The notes under the pieces were generated by a model. It did no database searches, had not been told where the DNA came from, and saw only the letters and a program-made list of their open reading frames with translations. 64,000 nt of DNA. It comes from Amphiscolops sp. MND2022. Lineage: Eukaryota. Positions 38,101-53,100 of this stretch are shown piece after piece. The DNA lies in NCBI GenBank assembly GCA_964187785.1, contig OZ076409.1, forward strand, positions 45,510,001 through 45,574,000, written 5' to 3'. Position 1 is the stretch's first letter. Every line of letters begins with the position of its first letter. The translations under genes were made by a program, and so were the position numbers.

Positions 38101-41100
38101 CAAAACAAGGACTAAAATTTACGAAAAAAGTCCAAACTCTGGAATGACAACAAAAATCGATTAGGATACGTCTAAACATCGCAAAAACAGCTAAACTCAA
38201 AGCGTAGAGCAGAATTAGGCCTTAGTTTCTTAAATTAAAGTGATTTTAGGTGTTATTCCACCACTATAATGATAGTATCAGAATAAGGACTATAATTAAA
38301 GAAAAAAGATCCAGACACTGGAATAACGGCTAAAATCATTCCGTACAGTTTCATTTGGCCTTTGTTTACCAAATTAAAGTAACCTTAGGTGTTATTCCAC
38401 CATTGAAGTGATTTTTCCAAAACAAGGTTTAAAAATTACGAAAAAGGTCCAAACTCTGGAATGACCACAAAAATCAATGAAGGTACGTGTAAACACTGGA
38501 ATAACAGCTAAAATCAATTCTTACAGTACATTTAGGCCTTGTTTCACCAACATAAAGTGATTTTAGGTGTTATTCCACCACTGAAAATTTTTTCCAAAAC
38601 AAGGATTAAAAATTAAGAAAAAAAGTCCAAACTCTGGAGTGACGACTAAAATCGATGAAGATAGGTCCAAACACTAGAATAACGTCTAAGATCAATGCGT
38701 ACAGTATAATTGGGCCTTGGTTTACCAAATAGAGTAACTTCAGGTTATTCCACAACTGAAATTTTTTTTCAAAACAAGGACTAAAAATTAAGAAAAAAGG
38801 TCCAAACTCTGGAATAACGACTGAAATCGATGAAGATACTTCTAAACATTGGAAAAACAGCTGAAATAAATGCGTAAATGAGAATTAGGCCTTAGTTCAT
38901 CAAATTGAGGTAATTTTAGGCGATTCCACTACTTTAGTGATATTATCAGAATGAGGACTAAACTTAAAGAAAAAAGGTCCAAACAGAAGTATAACGGCTA
39001 AAATCAATGTGTACAGTTTAATTAGGCCTTGGTTAACTAAATAAAAGTAACTTTGGGTGTTCTTCCACCACTGAAGTGATTTTTCCAAAACAAGGACTAA
39101 AGCTCACGAAAAAAGGTCCAAGATTTGGAATAAAAACTAAAATCGATCATGATACGTCCAAACACGGGAATAACAGCTAAAATCAACGCGTACAGTAGAA
39201 CTAGGCCTTTGTTCATCAAATCAAAGTAGTTTTATGCGTTATTCCACCACTATAGTGATTCTATCAGAGTGAGGACTAAAATTGAAGAAAAATGGTCCAA
39301 ACTCTGTAATGACGTTAAAAATCGATGAAGAAATGTCTAAACACTGGAATAACGGCTAACATCAATGCCTATGCTACAATTAGGCCTTGTTTTACTAAAT
39401 TAAAGTGATTTTAGGTGTTATTCCACCACCGAAAAGATTTTTCTAAAACAAGGACTAAAATTCAAGAAAAAAATCCAGACTCTGGAATAACGAATAAAAT
39501 TGATGAAGATACGTCTAAACACCAGAAAAACAGCTAAAATCAATGCGTAAAGTAGAATTAGGCCCTACTTTGTCAAATTAAAGTGATTTTAGGCGATTCC
39601 ACCACTATAGTGATTTTATCAGAATAAGGACTATAATTAAAGAAAAAAGGTCCAAACACTGGAATAACGGCTAAAATCAATGCGTACAGTATACTTAGGT
39701 CTTGGTTTACCAAATTGGAGTAACTTTGGGTGTTATTTTACCACTGAAGTGCTTTTTCCAAAACAAGGACTGAAGCTAACGAAAAAAGGTCCAGACTCTG
39801 GAATAACAACTAAAATCGATGAAAATACGTCTAAACATCGGAAAAACAACTAAAATCAATGCGTACAAAAAAATTAGGCCATAGTTTTTCAAATTAAAGT
39901 GATTTTAGGCGTTATTCCACCACTATAATTATCAGAATAAGGACTATAATTAAATAAAAATGGTCCAAACATTGGAATAACGGCTAAAATCAATGAGTAC
40001 AGTCTAATTTGACTGTGGTTTACCAAATTGAAATGATTTCAAGTTTTATTCCACCACTGAAATTATTTTTCCGAAACAAGGATCAAAGTTTAAGAAAAAA
40101 GGTCCAAACTCTGGAATGACGACTAAAGTCGATGAAGACAGGTCCAAACACTAGAAAAACGTCTAAGATCAATGCGTACGGTATAATTGGGGCTTGGTTT
40201 ACCAAATTGAAGAAACTTTAGGTGTTATTCCTCCACTGAAGTGATTTTTCTAAAACAAGGACTGAAACTAACGAAGAAAGGTCCAGACTCTGGAATAACG
40301 ACTAAAATCAATGAAGATACGTCTAAGCACCGGAAAAACAACCAAAATCAATGCGTAAAGTAGAATTAGGCCTTAGTTTATCAAATTAAAGTGATTTCAG
40401 GCGTTATTCCACCACCATAATTATCAGAATAAGGACTATAAATAAAGAAAAAAGGTACAAACCCTAGAATAACGGCTAAAATCAATGAGTGCAGTATAAT
40501 TTGACCGTGGTTTACCGAATTAAAATGATTTCAAGTTTTATTCCACCACTGAAATCATTTTTCCAGAACAAGGATCAAAACTTAAGAAAAAAGGTCCAAT
40601 TTCTGTAATGACAACTAAAATCGACGAAGACAGGTTCAAACACTAAAATAACGTCTAAGATCAATGCGTACGGTATAATTGGGCCTTGGCTTACCAAATT
40701 AAAGTAATTTTAGGTGTTATTCCTCCACTGAAGTGATTTTTCCAAAACAAGGACTGAAACTAACGAAAAAAGGTCTAGACTCTAGAATAATCACTAAAAT
40801 CGATGAAGATACTTCTAAACATCGGAAAAACAACTAAAATTAATGCGTATAGTAGAATTAGGCCTTATTTTATCAAATTAAAGTGACTTTAGGCGTTATT
40901 CCACCACTATAAATATCAGAATAAGGACTATAATTAAAGAAAAAAGGTCCAAACACTGGAATAACGGCTAAAATCAAAGAGTACAGCATAATTTGACCGT
41001 GGTTTACCAAATTAAAATGATTTCAAGTTTTATTCGACCACTGAAATTATTTTTCCAAAACAAGGATCAAAACTTAAGAAAAAAGGTCCAATTTCTGGAA

Positions 41101-41423
41101 TGACAACTAAAATCAATGAAGACAGGTCCAAACACTAAAATAACGTCTAAGATCAATGCGTACAGTATAATTGAGCCTTGGTTTACCAAATTAAAATAAT
41201 TTTAGGTGTTATTGCTCCACTGAAATGATTTTTCCAAAACAAGGACTAAAATTTAAGAAAAAAGGTCCAAATTCTGGAATAACATCTAAAATCGGTGAGG
41301 ATACGTCTAAACACCGGAAAACAGCTAAAATCAATGCGTACAGTAGAATTAGGCCTTGTTTTATCAGATAAAAGTGATTTTAGGCGATTCCACCACAATA
41401 GTGATTTTATCAGAATAAGGACT

Positions 41424-43600
41424 TTATTTAAATAAAAAAGGTCCGAACACTGGAAAAACGGCTAAAATCAAACAGTACAGTATGGTTTGGCCGTGGCTCA
41501 CCAAAGTAAAGTAACTTTAGGTGTTATTCCACCAGTGAAGTGATTTTTCCAAAACAAGGACAAAAACTCAAGAAAAAAGGTCCAAACTCTGCAATAGCAA
41601 CGAAAATCGATGAAGATACGTCTGAACACTTGAATAATGGCTATCATCAATGCCCACAGTACAATTAGGCCTTTTTAATCAAATCAAAGTGGTTTTTGGT
41701 CTTATTCCACCACTATAATGATATTATCAGAATAAGGACTTTATTTAAATAAAAAAGGTCCAAACACTGGAAAAACGGCTAAAATCAATCAGTACAGTCT
41801 AGTTTGGCCGTGGCTCACCAAAGTAAAGTAACTTTAGGTGTTATTCCACCAGTGAAGTGATTTTTCCAAAACAAGGACAAAAACTCAAGAAAAAAGGTCC
41901 AAACTCTGCAATAGCAACGAAAATCGATGAAGATACGTCTAAACACTTGAATAATGGCTATCATCAATGCTTACAGTACAATTAGGCCTTTTTAACCAAA
42001 TCAAAGTGGTTTTTGGTCTTATTCCACCACTATAATGATATTATCAGAATAAGGACTTTATTTAAACAAAAAAGGTCCAAACACTGGAAAAACGGCTAAA
42101 ATCAATCAGTACAGTATAGTTTGGCCGTGGCTCACCAAAGTAAAGTAACTCTAGGTGTTATTCCACCAGTGAAGTGATTTTTCCAAAACAAGGACAAAAA
42201 CTCAAGAAAAAAGGTCCAAACTCTGCAATAGCAACGAAAATCGATGAAGATACGTCTAAACACTTGAATAATGGCTATCATCAATGCTTACAGTACAATT
42301 AGGCCTTTTTTACCAAATCAAAGTGGTTTTAGGTGTTATTCCACCACTATAATGATATTATCAGAATAGGACTTTAATTAAATAAAAAAGGTCCAAACAC
42401 TGGAAAAACGGCTAAAATCAATCAGTACAGTATAGTTTGGCCGTGGTTCACCAAATTGAAGTTACTTTAGGTGTTATTCCACCAGTGAAGTGATTTGTCC
42501 AAAACAAGGGCTAAAACTTAGGAAAAAAGGTCCAAACTCTGGAATAACAACTAAAATTAATGAAAATACGTCTAAGCACCGGAAAAACAGCCAATGCCTA
42601 AAGCCAATGCGTAAAACAGCCAATCAATGCGTACAGTAGAATTAGGCCTTGGTTTAATAATGTAATATGATTTTAGGCGTTATTCCCCCACTAGAGTATT
42701 TTTATTAGAATAAGGCCTGAAATTAAAGAAAAAAGGTCCAAACTCTTCAATGACAACGAAAATCGATGAAGATACGTCTAAACACTGGAATAGTGGCTTA
42801 AGGAATAATCAATGCTTTCAGTACAATTAGGCCTTGTTTTACCAAATCAAAGTGATTTTAGGTGTTATTCCACCACTATAAGATATTATCAGAATAAGGA
42901 CTATAATTAAAGAAAAAAGGTCCAAACACTGGAAAAACGGCCGAAATCAATCAGTACAGTATAATTTGGCCGTGGTTCACCAAAATAAAGTAACTTTGGG
43001 TGTTAATCCACCAGTGAAGTGACTTTTCCAAAACAAAGACAAAAACTCAAGAAAAAAGGTCCAAACTCTGCAATAACAACGAAAATCGATGAAGATACGT
43101 CTAAACACTTGAATAATGGCTAACATCAATGCTTTCAGTACAATTAGGCCTTGTTTTACCAAATCAAAGTGATTTTAGGTGTTATTCCAACACTATAAGA
43201 TATTATCAGAATAAGGACTACAATTAAAGAAAAAAGGTCCAAACACTAGAAAAACGGCCGAAATCAATCAGTACAGTATAATTTGGCAGTGGTTCACCAA
43301 AATAAAGTTACTTTGGGTGTTATTCCACCAGTGAAGTGACTTTCCCAAAACAAGGACTAAAAATTAAGAAAAAAGGTTCAAACTCTGCAATAACAACAAA
43401 AATCGATGGAGATACGTCTAAACACTGGAATAAGGGCTAACATCAATGCTTACAGTACAATTAGGCCTTGCTTTACCAAATCAAAGTGATTTTAGGTGTT
43501 ATTCCATCACTATAATGATATTATCAGAATAAGGACTATAATTAAAGAAAAAAGGTCCAAACTCTAGAATAACGGATAAAATCAATGCGTACAGTATAAT
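41424..43600 (+). repeat. Dimer HOR (short+long), period ~317 bp
   Basis: GGTCC anchors at 41440/41757 and 41579/41896 differ by 317, with shared variants such as GGCCGTGGCTCACCAAAGTAAAG. Confidence 0.85.
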
Positions 43601-43999
43601 TTAGCCTTGGTTTACCAAATTAAAAAGATTTCAAGTGTTATTCCACCACTGAAATGATTTTACCAAAACAAGGATCAAAATTTAAGAAAAAAAGTCCAAA
43701 CTCTGGAATGACGATTAAAATCAATGAAGATACGTCTAAGCACCGGAAAAACAGCCAAAATCAATGCGTAAAGTACAATTAGGCCTTGATTTATCAAATC
43801 AAAGTGATTTTAGGTGTTATTCCACCACCGAAATGATTTTTCCAGAACAAGGACTAAAATTAAGAAAAAAAGTCCAAACTCTGGAATAACGACTAAAATT
43901 ATAGAAAAGACGTCTAAGCACCGGAAAAACAGCCAATGCGTAAAGCCAATGCGTAAAACAGCCAATCAATGCGTAAAGTAAAATTAGGCCTTAGTTTAT

Positions 44000-46900
44000 C
44001 AAATTAAAGTGATTTTAGGCGTTATTCCACCACCATAATTATCAAAATAAGGACTATAATTAAAGAAAAAAGGTCCAAACACTGGAATAACGGCTAAAAT
44101 CAATGAGTACAGTATAATTTGACCGTGGTTTACCAAATTAAAATGATTTCAAGTTTTATTCCACCACTAAAATTTTTCCAAAACAAGGATCAAAATTTAA
44201 GAAAAAGGTCCAAACTCTGGAATGACGACTGAAATCGATGAAGATAGGTCCAAACACTAGAATAACGTCTAAGATCAATGCGTATAGTATAATTGGGCCT
44301 TGGTTTACCAAATTAAAGTAACTTTAGGTGTTATTCCTCCACTGAAGTGATGTTTCCAAAACAAGGACTAAAACTTAAGAAAAAAGGTCCAAACTCTGCA
44401 ATAACAACTAAAATCGATGAGGATACGTCTAAACACCGAAAAACCGCTAAAACTAATGTGTACAGTAGAATTAGGCCTTAGTTTATTATTGTAAATTGAT
44501 TTTAGGCGTTGTTCCCCCACTATAGTATTTTTAATAGAACAAGGACTGAAATTAAAGAAAAAAGGTCCAAACTCTGCATTGACAACAAAAATCGATGAAG
44601 ATACGTCTAAACACTGGAATAATAGCTAACATCAATGTTTACAGTACCATTAGGTCTTGTTTTACTAAATCAAAGTGATTTTAGGTGTTATTCCACCACC
44701 ATAACATATTATAGTCAGAATTAGGGCTATAATTAAAGAAAAAAGGTCCAAACAATGTAATAACGGCTAAAATCAATCAGTACAGGTACAGTATAATTTG
44801 GCCGTGGTTCACCAAAATAAAATACTTTTAGGTGTTATTCCACTGGTGAAGTCATTTTTCCAAAACAAGGACTAAAACTTAAGAAAAAAGTTCCAAACTC
44901 TCCAATTACAACAAAAAACGATGAAGATACGTCTAAACACTGGAAAAATGGCTAACATCAATGCTTACAGTACATTTAGGACTTGTTTTGCCAAATCAAA
45001 AAACAAATTAGGTGCTATTCCACCACTATAATGATATTATCAGAATAAGGACTATAATTAAAGAAAAAAGGTCCAAACACTAGAATAACGGCTAAAATCA
45101 ATCAGTACATTATAATTTGGCCGTGGTTCACCAAAATAAAGTGACTTAAGTGTTATTCCACAGGTGAAGTGATTTTTCCAAAACAAGGACTAAAACTTAA
45201 GAAAAAAGGTCCAAACTCTGCAATAACAACAAAAAACGATGAAGATACGTCTAAACACTGGAAAAATGGCTAACATCAATGCTCACAGTACAATTAGGAC
45301 TTGTTTTACCAAATCAAAAAAAATAGGTGCTATTCCACCACTATAATGATATTATCAGAATAAGGACTATAATTTAAGAAAAAAGGTCCAAACACTAGAA
45401 TAACGGCTAAAATCAATCAGTACATTATAATTTGGCCGTGGTTCACCAAAATAAAGTGACTTTAGGTGTTTTTCCACAGGTGAAGTGATTTTTCCAAAAC
45501 AAGGACTAAAACTTAAGAAAAAAGGTCCAAACTCTGCAATAACAACTAAAATCGATGAGGATACGTCTAAACACGGAAAAACCGCTAAAACTAATGTGTA
45601 CAGTAGAATTAGGCCTTAGTTTATTATTGTAAATTAATTTTAGGCGTTGTTCCCCCACTATAGTATTTTTAATAAAACAAGGACTGAAATTAAAGAAAAA
45701 AGGTCCAAACTCTGCATTGACAACAAAAATCGATGAAGATACGTCTAAACACTGGAATAATAGCTAACATCATTGCTTACAGTACCATTAGGTCTTGTTT
45801 TACTAAATCAAAGTGATTTTAGGTGTTATTCCACCACCAAAACATATTATAGTCAGAATTAGGGCTATAATTAAAGAAAAAAAGGTCCAAACAATGTAAT
45901 AACGGCTAAAATCAATCAGTACAGGTACAGTATAATTTGGCCGTGGTTCACCAAAATAAAATAACTTTAGGTGTTATTCCACTGGTGAAGTCATTTTTCC
46001 AAAACAAGGACTAAAACTTAAGAAAAAAGTTCCAAACTCTCCAATAACAACAAAAAACGATGAAGATACGTCTAAACACTGGAAAAATGGCTAACATCAA
46101 TGCTTACAGTACAATTAGGACTTGTTTTACCAAATCAAAAAAAAATTAGGTGCCATTCCACCACTATAATGATATTATCAGAATAAGGACTATAATTAAA
46201 GAAAAAAGGTCCAAACACTAGAATAACGGCTAAAATCAATCAGTACATTATAATTGGCCGTGGTTCACCAAAATAAAGTGACTTAAGTGTTATTCCACAG
46301 GTGAAGTGATTTTTCCAAAACAAGGACTAAAACTTAAGAAAAAGGTCCAAACTCTGCAATAACAACAAAAAACGATGAAGATACGTCTAAACACTGGAAA
46401 AATGGCTAACATCAATGCTTACAGTAGACTTAGGCCTTGTTTTATCAAATTAAAGTGATTTTAGGCGTTATTCCACCACCATAATTATCAAAATAAGGAC
46501 TATAATTAAAGAAAAAAGGTCCAAACACTGGAATAACGGCTAAAATCAATGAGTACAGTATAATTTGACCGTGGTTTACCAAATTAAAATGATTTCAAGT
46601 TTTATTCCACCACTGAAATTTTTCCAAAACAAGGATCAAAATTTAAGAAAAAGGTCCAAACTCTGGAATGACGACTGAAATCGATGAAGATAGGTCCAAA
46701 CACTAGAATAACGTCTAAGATCAATGCGTATAGTATAATTGGGCCTTGGTTTACCAAATTAAAGTAACTTTAGGTGTTATTCCTCCACTGAAGTGATTTT
46801 TCCAGAACAAGGACTAAAACTTAAGAAAAAAGGTCCAAACTCTGCAATAACAACTAAAATCGATGAGGATACGTCTAAACACCGAAAAACCGCTAAAACT

Positions 46901-49700
46901 AATGTGTACAGTAGAATTAGGCCTTAGTTTATTATTGTAAATTGATTTTAGGCGTTGTTCCCCCACTATAGTATTTTTAATAGAACAAGGACTGAAATTA
47001 AAGAAAAAGGTCCAAACTCTGCATTGACAACAAAAATCGATGAAGATACGTCTAAACACTGGAATAATAGCTAACATCAATGCTTACAGTACCATTAGGT
47101 CTTGTTTTACTAAATCAAAGTGATTTTAGGTGTTATTCCACCACCATAACATATTATAGTCAGAATTAGGGCTATAATTAAAGAAAAAAGGTCCAAACAA
47201 TGTAATAACGGCTAAAATCAATCAGTACAGGTACAGTATAATTTGGCCGTGGTTCACCAAAAGAAAATACTTTTAGGTGTTATTCCACTGGTGAAGTCAT
47301 TTTTCCAAAACAAGGACCAAAACTTGAGAAAAAAGTTCCAAACTCTCCAATTACAACAAAAAACGATGAAGATACGTCTAAACACTGGAAAAATGGCTAA
47401 CATCAATGCTTACAGTACATTTAGGACTTGTTTTGCCAAATCAAAAAAAAATTAGGTGCTTTTCCACCACTATAATGATATTATCAGAATAAGGACTATA
47501 ATTAAAGAAAAAAGGTCCAAACACTAGAATAACGGCTAAAATCAATCAGTACATTATAATTTGGCCGTGGTTCACCAAAATAAAGTGACTTAAGTGTTAT
47601 TCCACAGGTGAAGTGATTTTTCCAAAACAAGGACTAAAACTTAAGAAAAAAGGTCCAAACTCTGCAATAACAACAAAAAACGATGAAGATACGTCTAAAC
47701 ACTGGAAAAATGGCTAACATCAATGCTCACAGTACAATTAGGACTTGTTTTACCAAATCAAAAAAAAAATAGGTGCTATTCCACCACTATAATGATATTA
47801 TCAGAATAAGGACTATAATTTAAGAAAAAAGGTCCAAACACTAGAATAACGGCTAAAATCAATCAGTACATTATAATTTGGCCGTGGTTCACCAAAATAA
47901 AGTGACTTTAGGTGTTATTCCACAGGTGAAGTGATTTTTCCAAAACAAGGACTAAAACTTAAGAAAAAAGGTCCAAACTCTGCAATAACAACTAAAATCG
48001 ATGAGGATACGTCTAAACACCGAAAAACCGCTAAAACTAATGTGTACAGTAGAATTAGGCCTTAGTTTATTATTGTAAATTGATTTTAGGCGTTGTTCCC
48101 CCACTATAGTACTTTTAATAGAACAAGGACTGAAATTAAAGAAAAATGGTCCAAACTCTGCATTGACAACAAAAATCGATGAAGATACGTCTAAACACTG
48201 GAATAATAGCTAACATCAATGCTTACAGTAAAATTAGGTCTTGTTTTACTAAATCAAAGTGATTTTAGGTGTTATTCCACCACCAAAACATATTATAGTC
48301 AGAATTAGGGCTATAATTAAAGAAAAAAGGTCCAAACAATGTAATAACGGCTAAAATCAATCAGTACAGGTACAGTATAATTTGGCCGTGGTTCACCAAA
48401 ATAAAATAACTTTAGGTGTTATTCCACTGGTGAAGTCATTTTTCCAAAACAAGGACTAAAACTTAAGAAAAAAGTTCCAAACTCTCCAATAACAACAAAA
48501 AACGATGAAGATACGTCTAAACACTGGAAAAATGGCTAACATCAATGCTTACAGTACAATTAGGACTTGTTTTACCAAATCAAAAAAAAATTAGGTGCTA
48601 TTCCACCACTATAATGATATTATCAGAATAAGGACTATAATTAAAGAAAAAAGGTCCAAACACTAGAATAACGGCTAAAATCAATCAGTACATTATAATT
48701 TGGCCGTGGTTCACCAAAATAAAGTGACTTAAGTGTTATTCCACAGGTGAAGTGATTTTTCCAAAACAAGGACTAAAACTTAAGAAAAAGGTCCAAACTC
48801 TGCAATAACAATAAAAAACGATGAAGATACGTCTAAACACTGGAATAATAGCTAACATCAATGCTTACAGTAAAATTAGGTCTTGTTTTACTAAATCAAA
48901 GTGATTTTAGGTGTTATTCCACCACCAAAACATATTATAGTCAGAATTAGGGCTATAATTAAAGAAAAAAGGTCCAAACAATGTAATAACGGCTAAAATC
49001 AATCAGTACAGGTACAGTATAATTTGGCCGTGGTTCACCAAAATAAAATAACTTTAGGTGTTATTCCACTGGTGAAGTCATTTTTCCAAAACAAGGACTA
49101 AAACTTAAGAAAAAAGTTCCAAACTCTCCAATAACAACAAAAAACGATGAAGATACGTCTAAACACTGGAAAAATGGCTAACATCAATGCTTACAGTACA
49201 ATTAGGACTTGTTTTACCAAATCAAAAAAAAATTAGGTGCTATTCCACCACTATAATGATATTATCAGAATAAGGACTATAATTAAAGAAAAAAGGTCCA
49301 AACACTAGAATAACGGCTAAAATCAATCAGTACATTATAATTTGGCCGTGGTTCACCAAAATAAAGTGACTTAAGTGTTATTCCACAGGTGAAGTGATTT
49401 TTCCAAAACAAGGACTAAAACTTAAGAAAAAGGTCCAAACTCTGCAATAACAATAAAAAACGATGAAGATACGTCTAAACACTGGAAAAATGGCTAACAT
49501 CAATGCTTACAGTACAATTAGGACTTGTTTTACCAAATCAAAAAAAAAGTAGGTGCTATTCCACCACTATAATGATATTATCAGAATAAGGACTATAATT
49601 AAAGAAAAAAGGTCCAAACACTAGAATAACGGCTAAAATCAATCAGTACATTATAATTTGGCCGTGGTTCACCAAAATAAAGTGACTTTAGGTGTTATTC
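44000..49700 (+). repeat. Nested HOR: ~1139 bp sub-unit inside a ~2445 bp unit
   Basis: The private duplication TACAGGTACAG occurs at 44781, 45920, 47226, 48365 and 49007 (spacings 1139, 1306, 1139, 642). CACCATAATTATCAAAATAAGG occurs at 44031/46477. Confidence 0.85.
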
Positions 49701-50199
49701 CACAGGTGAAGTGATTTTTCCAAAACAAGGACTAAAACTTAAGAAAAAAGGTCCAAACTCTGGAAAAACAACAAAAATCGATGAAGATACGTCTAAACAC
49801 GGGAATAATGGCTAACATCAATGTCCACAGTACAATTAGGCCTTGTTTTACCAAAACAAAGTGATTTGAGATGTTATTCCACCACTATAATGATATTATC
49901 AGAATAAGGACTATATTTAAAGAAAAAAGGTCCAAACACTGGAATAACGGCTAAAATCAATCAGTACAGTATAATTTGGCCTTGGTTCACCAAAACAAAA
50001 CAACTGTAGGTGTTATTCCACCGGTGAAGTGATTTTTCCAAAACAAGGACTAAAACTTAAGAAAAAAGGTCCAAACTCTGCAATGACAAATAAAATCGAT
50101 GAAGATACGTCTAAACACTAGAATAATGGCTTACATCAATGCTTACAGTACAATTAGGTCTTGTTTTACCAAATCAAAATGATTCTAGGTGTTATTCCA

Positions 50200-53100
50200 C
50201 CACTACAATGATATTATCAAAATAATGACTATAACTAAAGAAAAAAGTCCAAACACTGGAATAACGGCTAAAATCAATGCGTACAAAAGAATTAGGCCTT
50301 AGTTGATCAAATTGAGAAGTGATTTTAGGCGTTATTCCACCACTATAATTATCAGAATAAGGACTATAACTAAAAAAAGGTCCAAAAATTGGAATAACGG
50401 CTAAAATTAATGAGTACAGTATAATTTAACTGTGGTTTACCAAATTAAAATGATTTCAAGTTTTATTCCACCACTGAAAATATTTTTCCAAAACAAGGAA
50501 CAAAATTTGAGAAAAGAGGTCCAAACTCTGGAATGACGACCAAAATCGATGAAGACAGGTCCAAACACTAGAATAACGTCTAAGATCAATGCGTAGGGTA
50601 TAATTGGGCCTTGGTCTACCAAATTAAAGTAACTTTAGGTGTTATTCCTCCACTGAAGTGATTTTTCCAAAACAAGGACTAAAACTTAAGAAAAAAGGTC
50701 CAAACTCTGCAATAACAACTAAAATCGATGAGGATACGTCTAAACACCGAAAAACCGCTAAAATCAATGCGTACAGTAGAATTTGACCGTGGTTTACCAA
50801 ATTAAAATGATTTCAAGTTTTATTCCACCACTGAAATTATTTTTCCAAAACAAGGATCCAAATTTAAGAAAAGAGGTCCAAACTCTGGAATGACGACTAA
50901 AATCGATGAAGACAGGTCCAAACACTAGAATAACGTCTAAGATCAATGCGTACGGTATAATTGGGCCTTGGTTTACCAAATTAAAGTAACTTTAGGTGTT
51001 ATTCCTCCACTGAAGTGATTTTTCCGAAACAAGGACTAAAACTTAAGAAAAAAGGTCCAAACTCTGCAATAACAACTAAAATCGATGAGGATACGTCTAA
51101 GCACCGAAAAACCGCTAAAATTAATGCGTACAGTAGAATTTGACCGTGGTTTACCGAATTAAAAAGATTTCAAGTTTTATTCCACAACTGAAATTATTTT
51201 TCCAAAACAAGGATCAAAACTTAAGAAAAAAGGTCCAATTTCTGGAATGACAACTAAAATCGATGAAGACAGGTCCAAACACTAAAATAACGTCTAAGAT
51301 CAATGCGTACAGTATAATTGAGCCTTGGTTTACCAAATTAAAGTATTTTTAGGTGATATTCCTCCACTGAAGTGATTTTTCCAAAACAAGGACTAAAACT
51401 TAAGAAAAAGGTCCAAACTCTGCAATAACAACAAAAAACGATGAAGATACGTCTAAACACTGGAAAAATGGCTAACATCAATGCTTACAGTACAATTAGG
51501 ACAGGACTTGTTTTACCAAATCAAAAAAAAAGTAGGTGCTATTCCACCACTATAATGATATTATCAGAATAAGGACTATAATTAAAGAAAAAAGGTCCAA
51601 ACACTAGAATAACGGCTAAAATCAATCAGTACATTATAATTTGGCCGTGGTTCACCAAAATAAAGTGACTTAAGTGTTATTCCACAGGTGAAGTGATTTT
51701 TCCAAAACAAGGACTAAAACTTAAGAAAAAGGTCCAAACTCTGCAATAACAACAAAAAACGATGAAGATACGTCTAAACACTGGAAAAATGGCTAACATC
51801 AATACTCACAGTACAATTAGGACTTGTTTTACCAAATCAAAAAAAAATTAGGTGCTATTCCACCACTACAATGATATTATCAGAATAATGACTATAACTA
51901 AAGAAAAAAAGTCCAAACACTGGAATAACGGCTAAAATCAATGCGTACAAAAGAATTAGGCCTTAGTTGATCAAATTGAAGTGATTTTAGGCGTTATTCC
52001 ACCACTATAATTATCAGAATAAGGACTATAACTAAAAAAAGGTCCAAACATTGGAATAACGGCTAAAATTTATGAGTACAGTATAATTTAACTGTGGTTT
52101 ACCAAATTAAAATGATTTCAAGTTTTATTCCACCACTGAAAATATTTTTCCAAAACAAGGAACAAAATTTGAGAAAAGAGGTCCAAACTCTGGAATGACG
52201 ACTAAAATCGATGAAGACAGGTCCAAACACTAGAATAACGTCTAAGATCAATGCGTAGGGTATATTTGGGCCTTGGTCTACCAAATTAAAGTAACTTTAG
52301 GTGTTATTCCTCCACTGAAGTGATTTTTCCAAAACAAGGACTAAAACTTAAGAAAAAAGGTCCAAACTCTGCAATAACAACTAAAATCGATGAGGATACG
52401 TCTAAACACCGAAAAACCGCTAAAATCAATGCGTACAGTAGAATTTGACCGTGGTTTACCAAATTAAAATGATTTCAAGTTTTATTCCACCACTGAAATT
52501 ATTTTTCCAAAACAAGGATCCAAATTTAAGAAAAGAGGTCCAAACTCTGGAATGACGACTAAAATCGATGAAGACAGGTCCAAACACTAGAATAACGTCT
52601 AAGATCAATGCGTACGGTATAATTGGGCCTTGGTTTACCAAATTAAAGTAACTTTAGGTGTTATTCCTCCACTGAAGTGATTTTTCCAAAACAAGGACTA
52701 AAACTTAAGAAAAAAGGTCCAAACTCTGCAATAACAACTAAAATCGATGAGGATACGTCTAAGCACCGAAAAACCGCTAAAATTAATGCGTACAGTAGAA
52801 TTTGACCGTGGTTTACCGAATTAAAAAGATTTCAAGTTTTATTCCACAACTGAAATTATTTTTCCAAAACAAGGATCAAAACTTAAGAAAAAAGGTCCAA
52901 TTTCTGGAATGACAACTAAAATCGATGAAGACAGGTCCAAACACTAAAATAACGTCTAAGATCAATGCGTACAGTATAATTGAGCCTTGGTTTACCAAAT
53001 TAAAGTAATTTTAGGTGATATTCCTCCACTGAAGTGATTTTTCCAAAACAAGGACTAAAACTTAAGAAAAAAGGTCCAAACTCTGCAATAACAACTAAAA
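50200..53100 (+). repeat. Block duplication with offset 1662 bp, containing 357 bp long-long dimers
   Basis: Marker ORFs at 50437/52099 and 50794/52456 (offset 1662). 50437 to 50794 is 357 bp. Confidence 0.85.
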
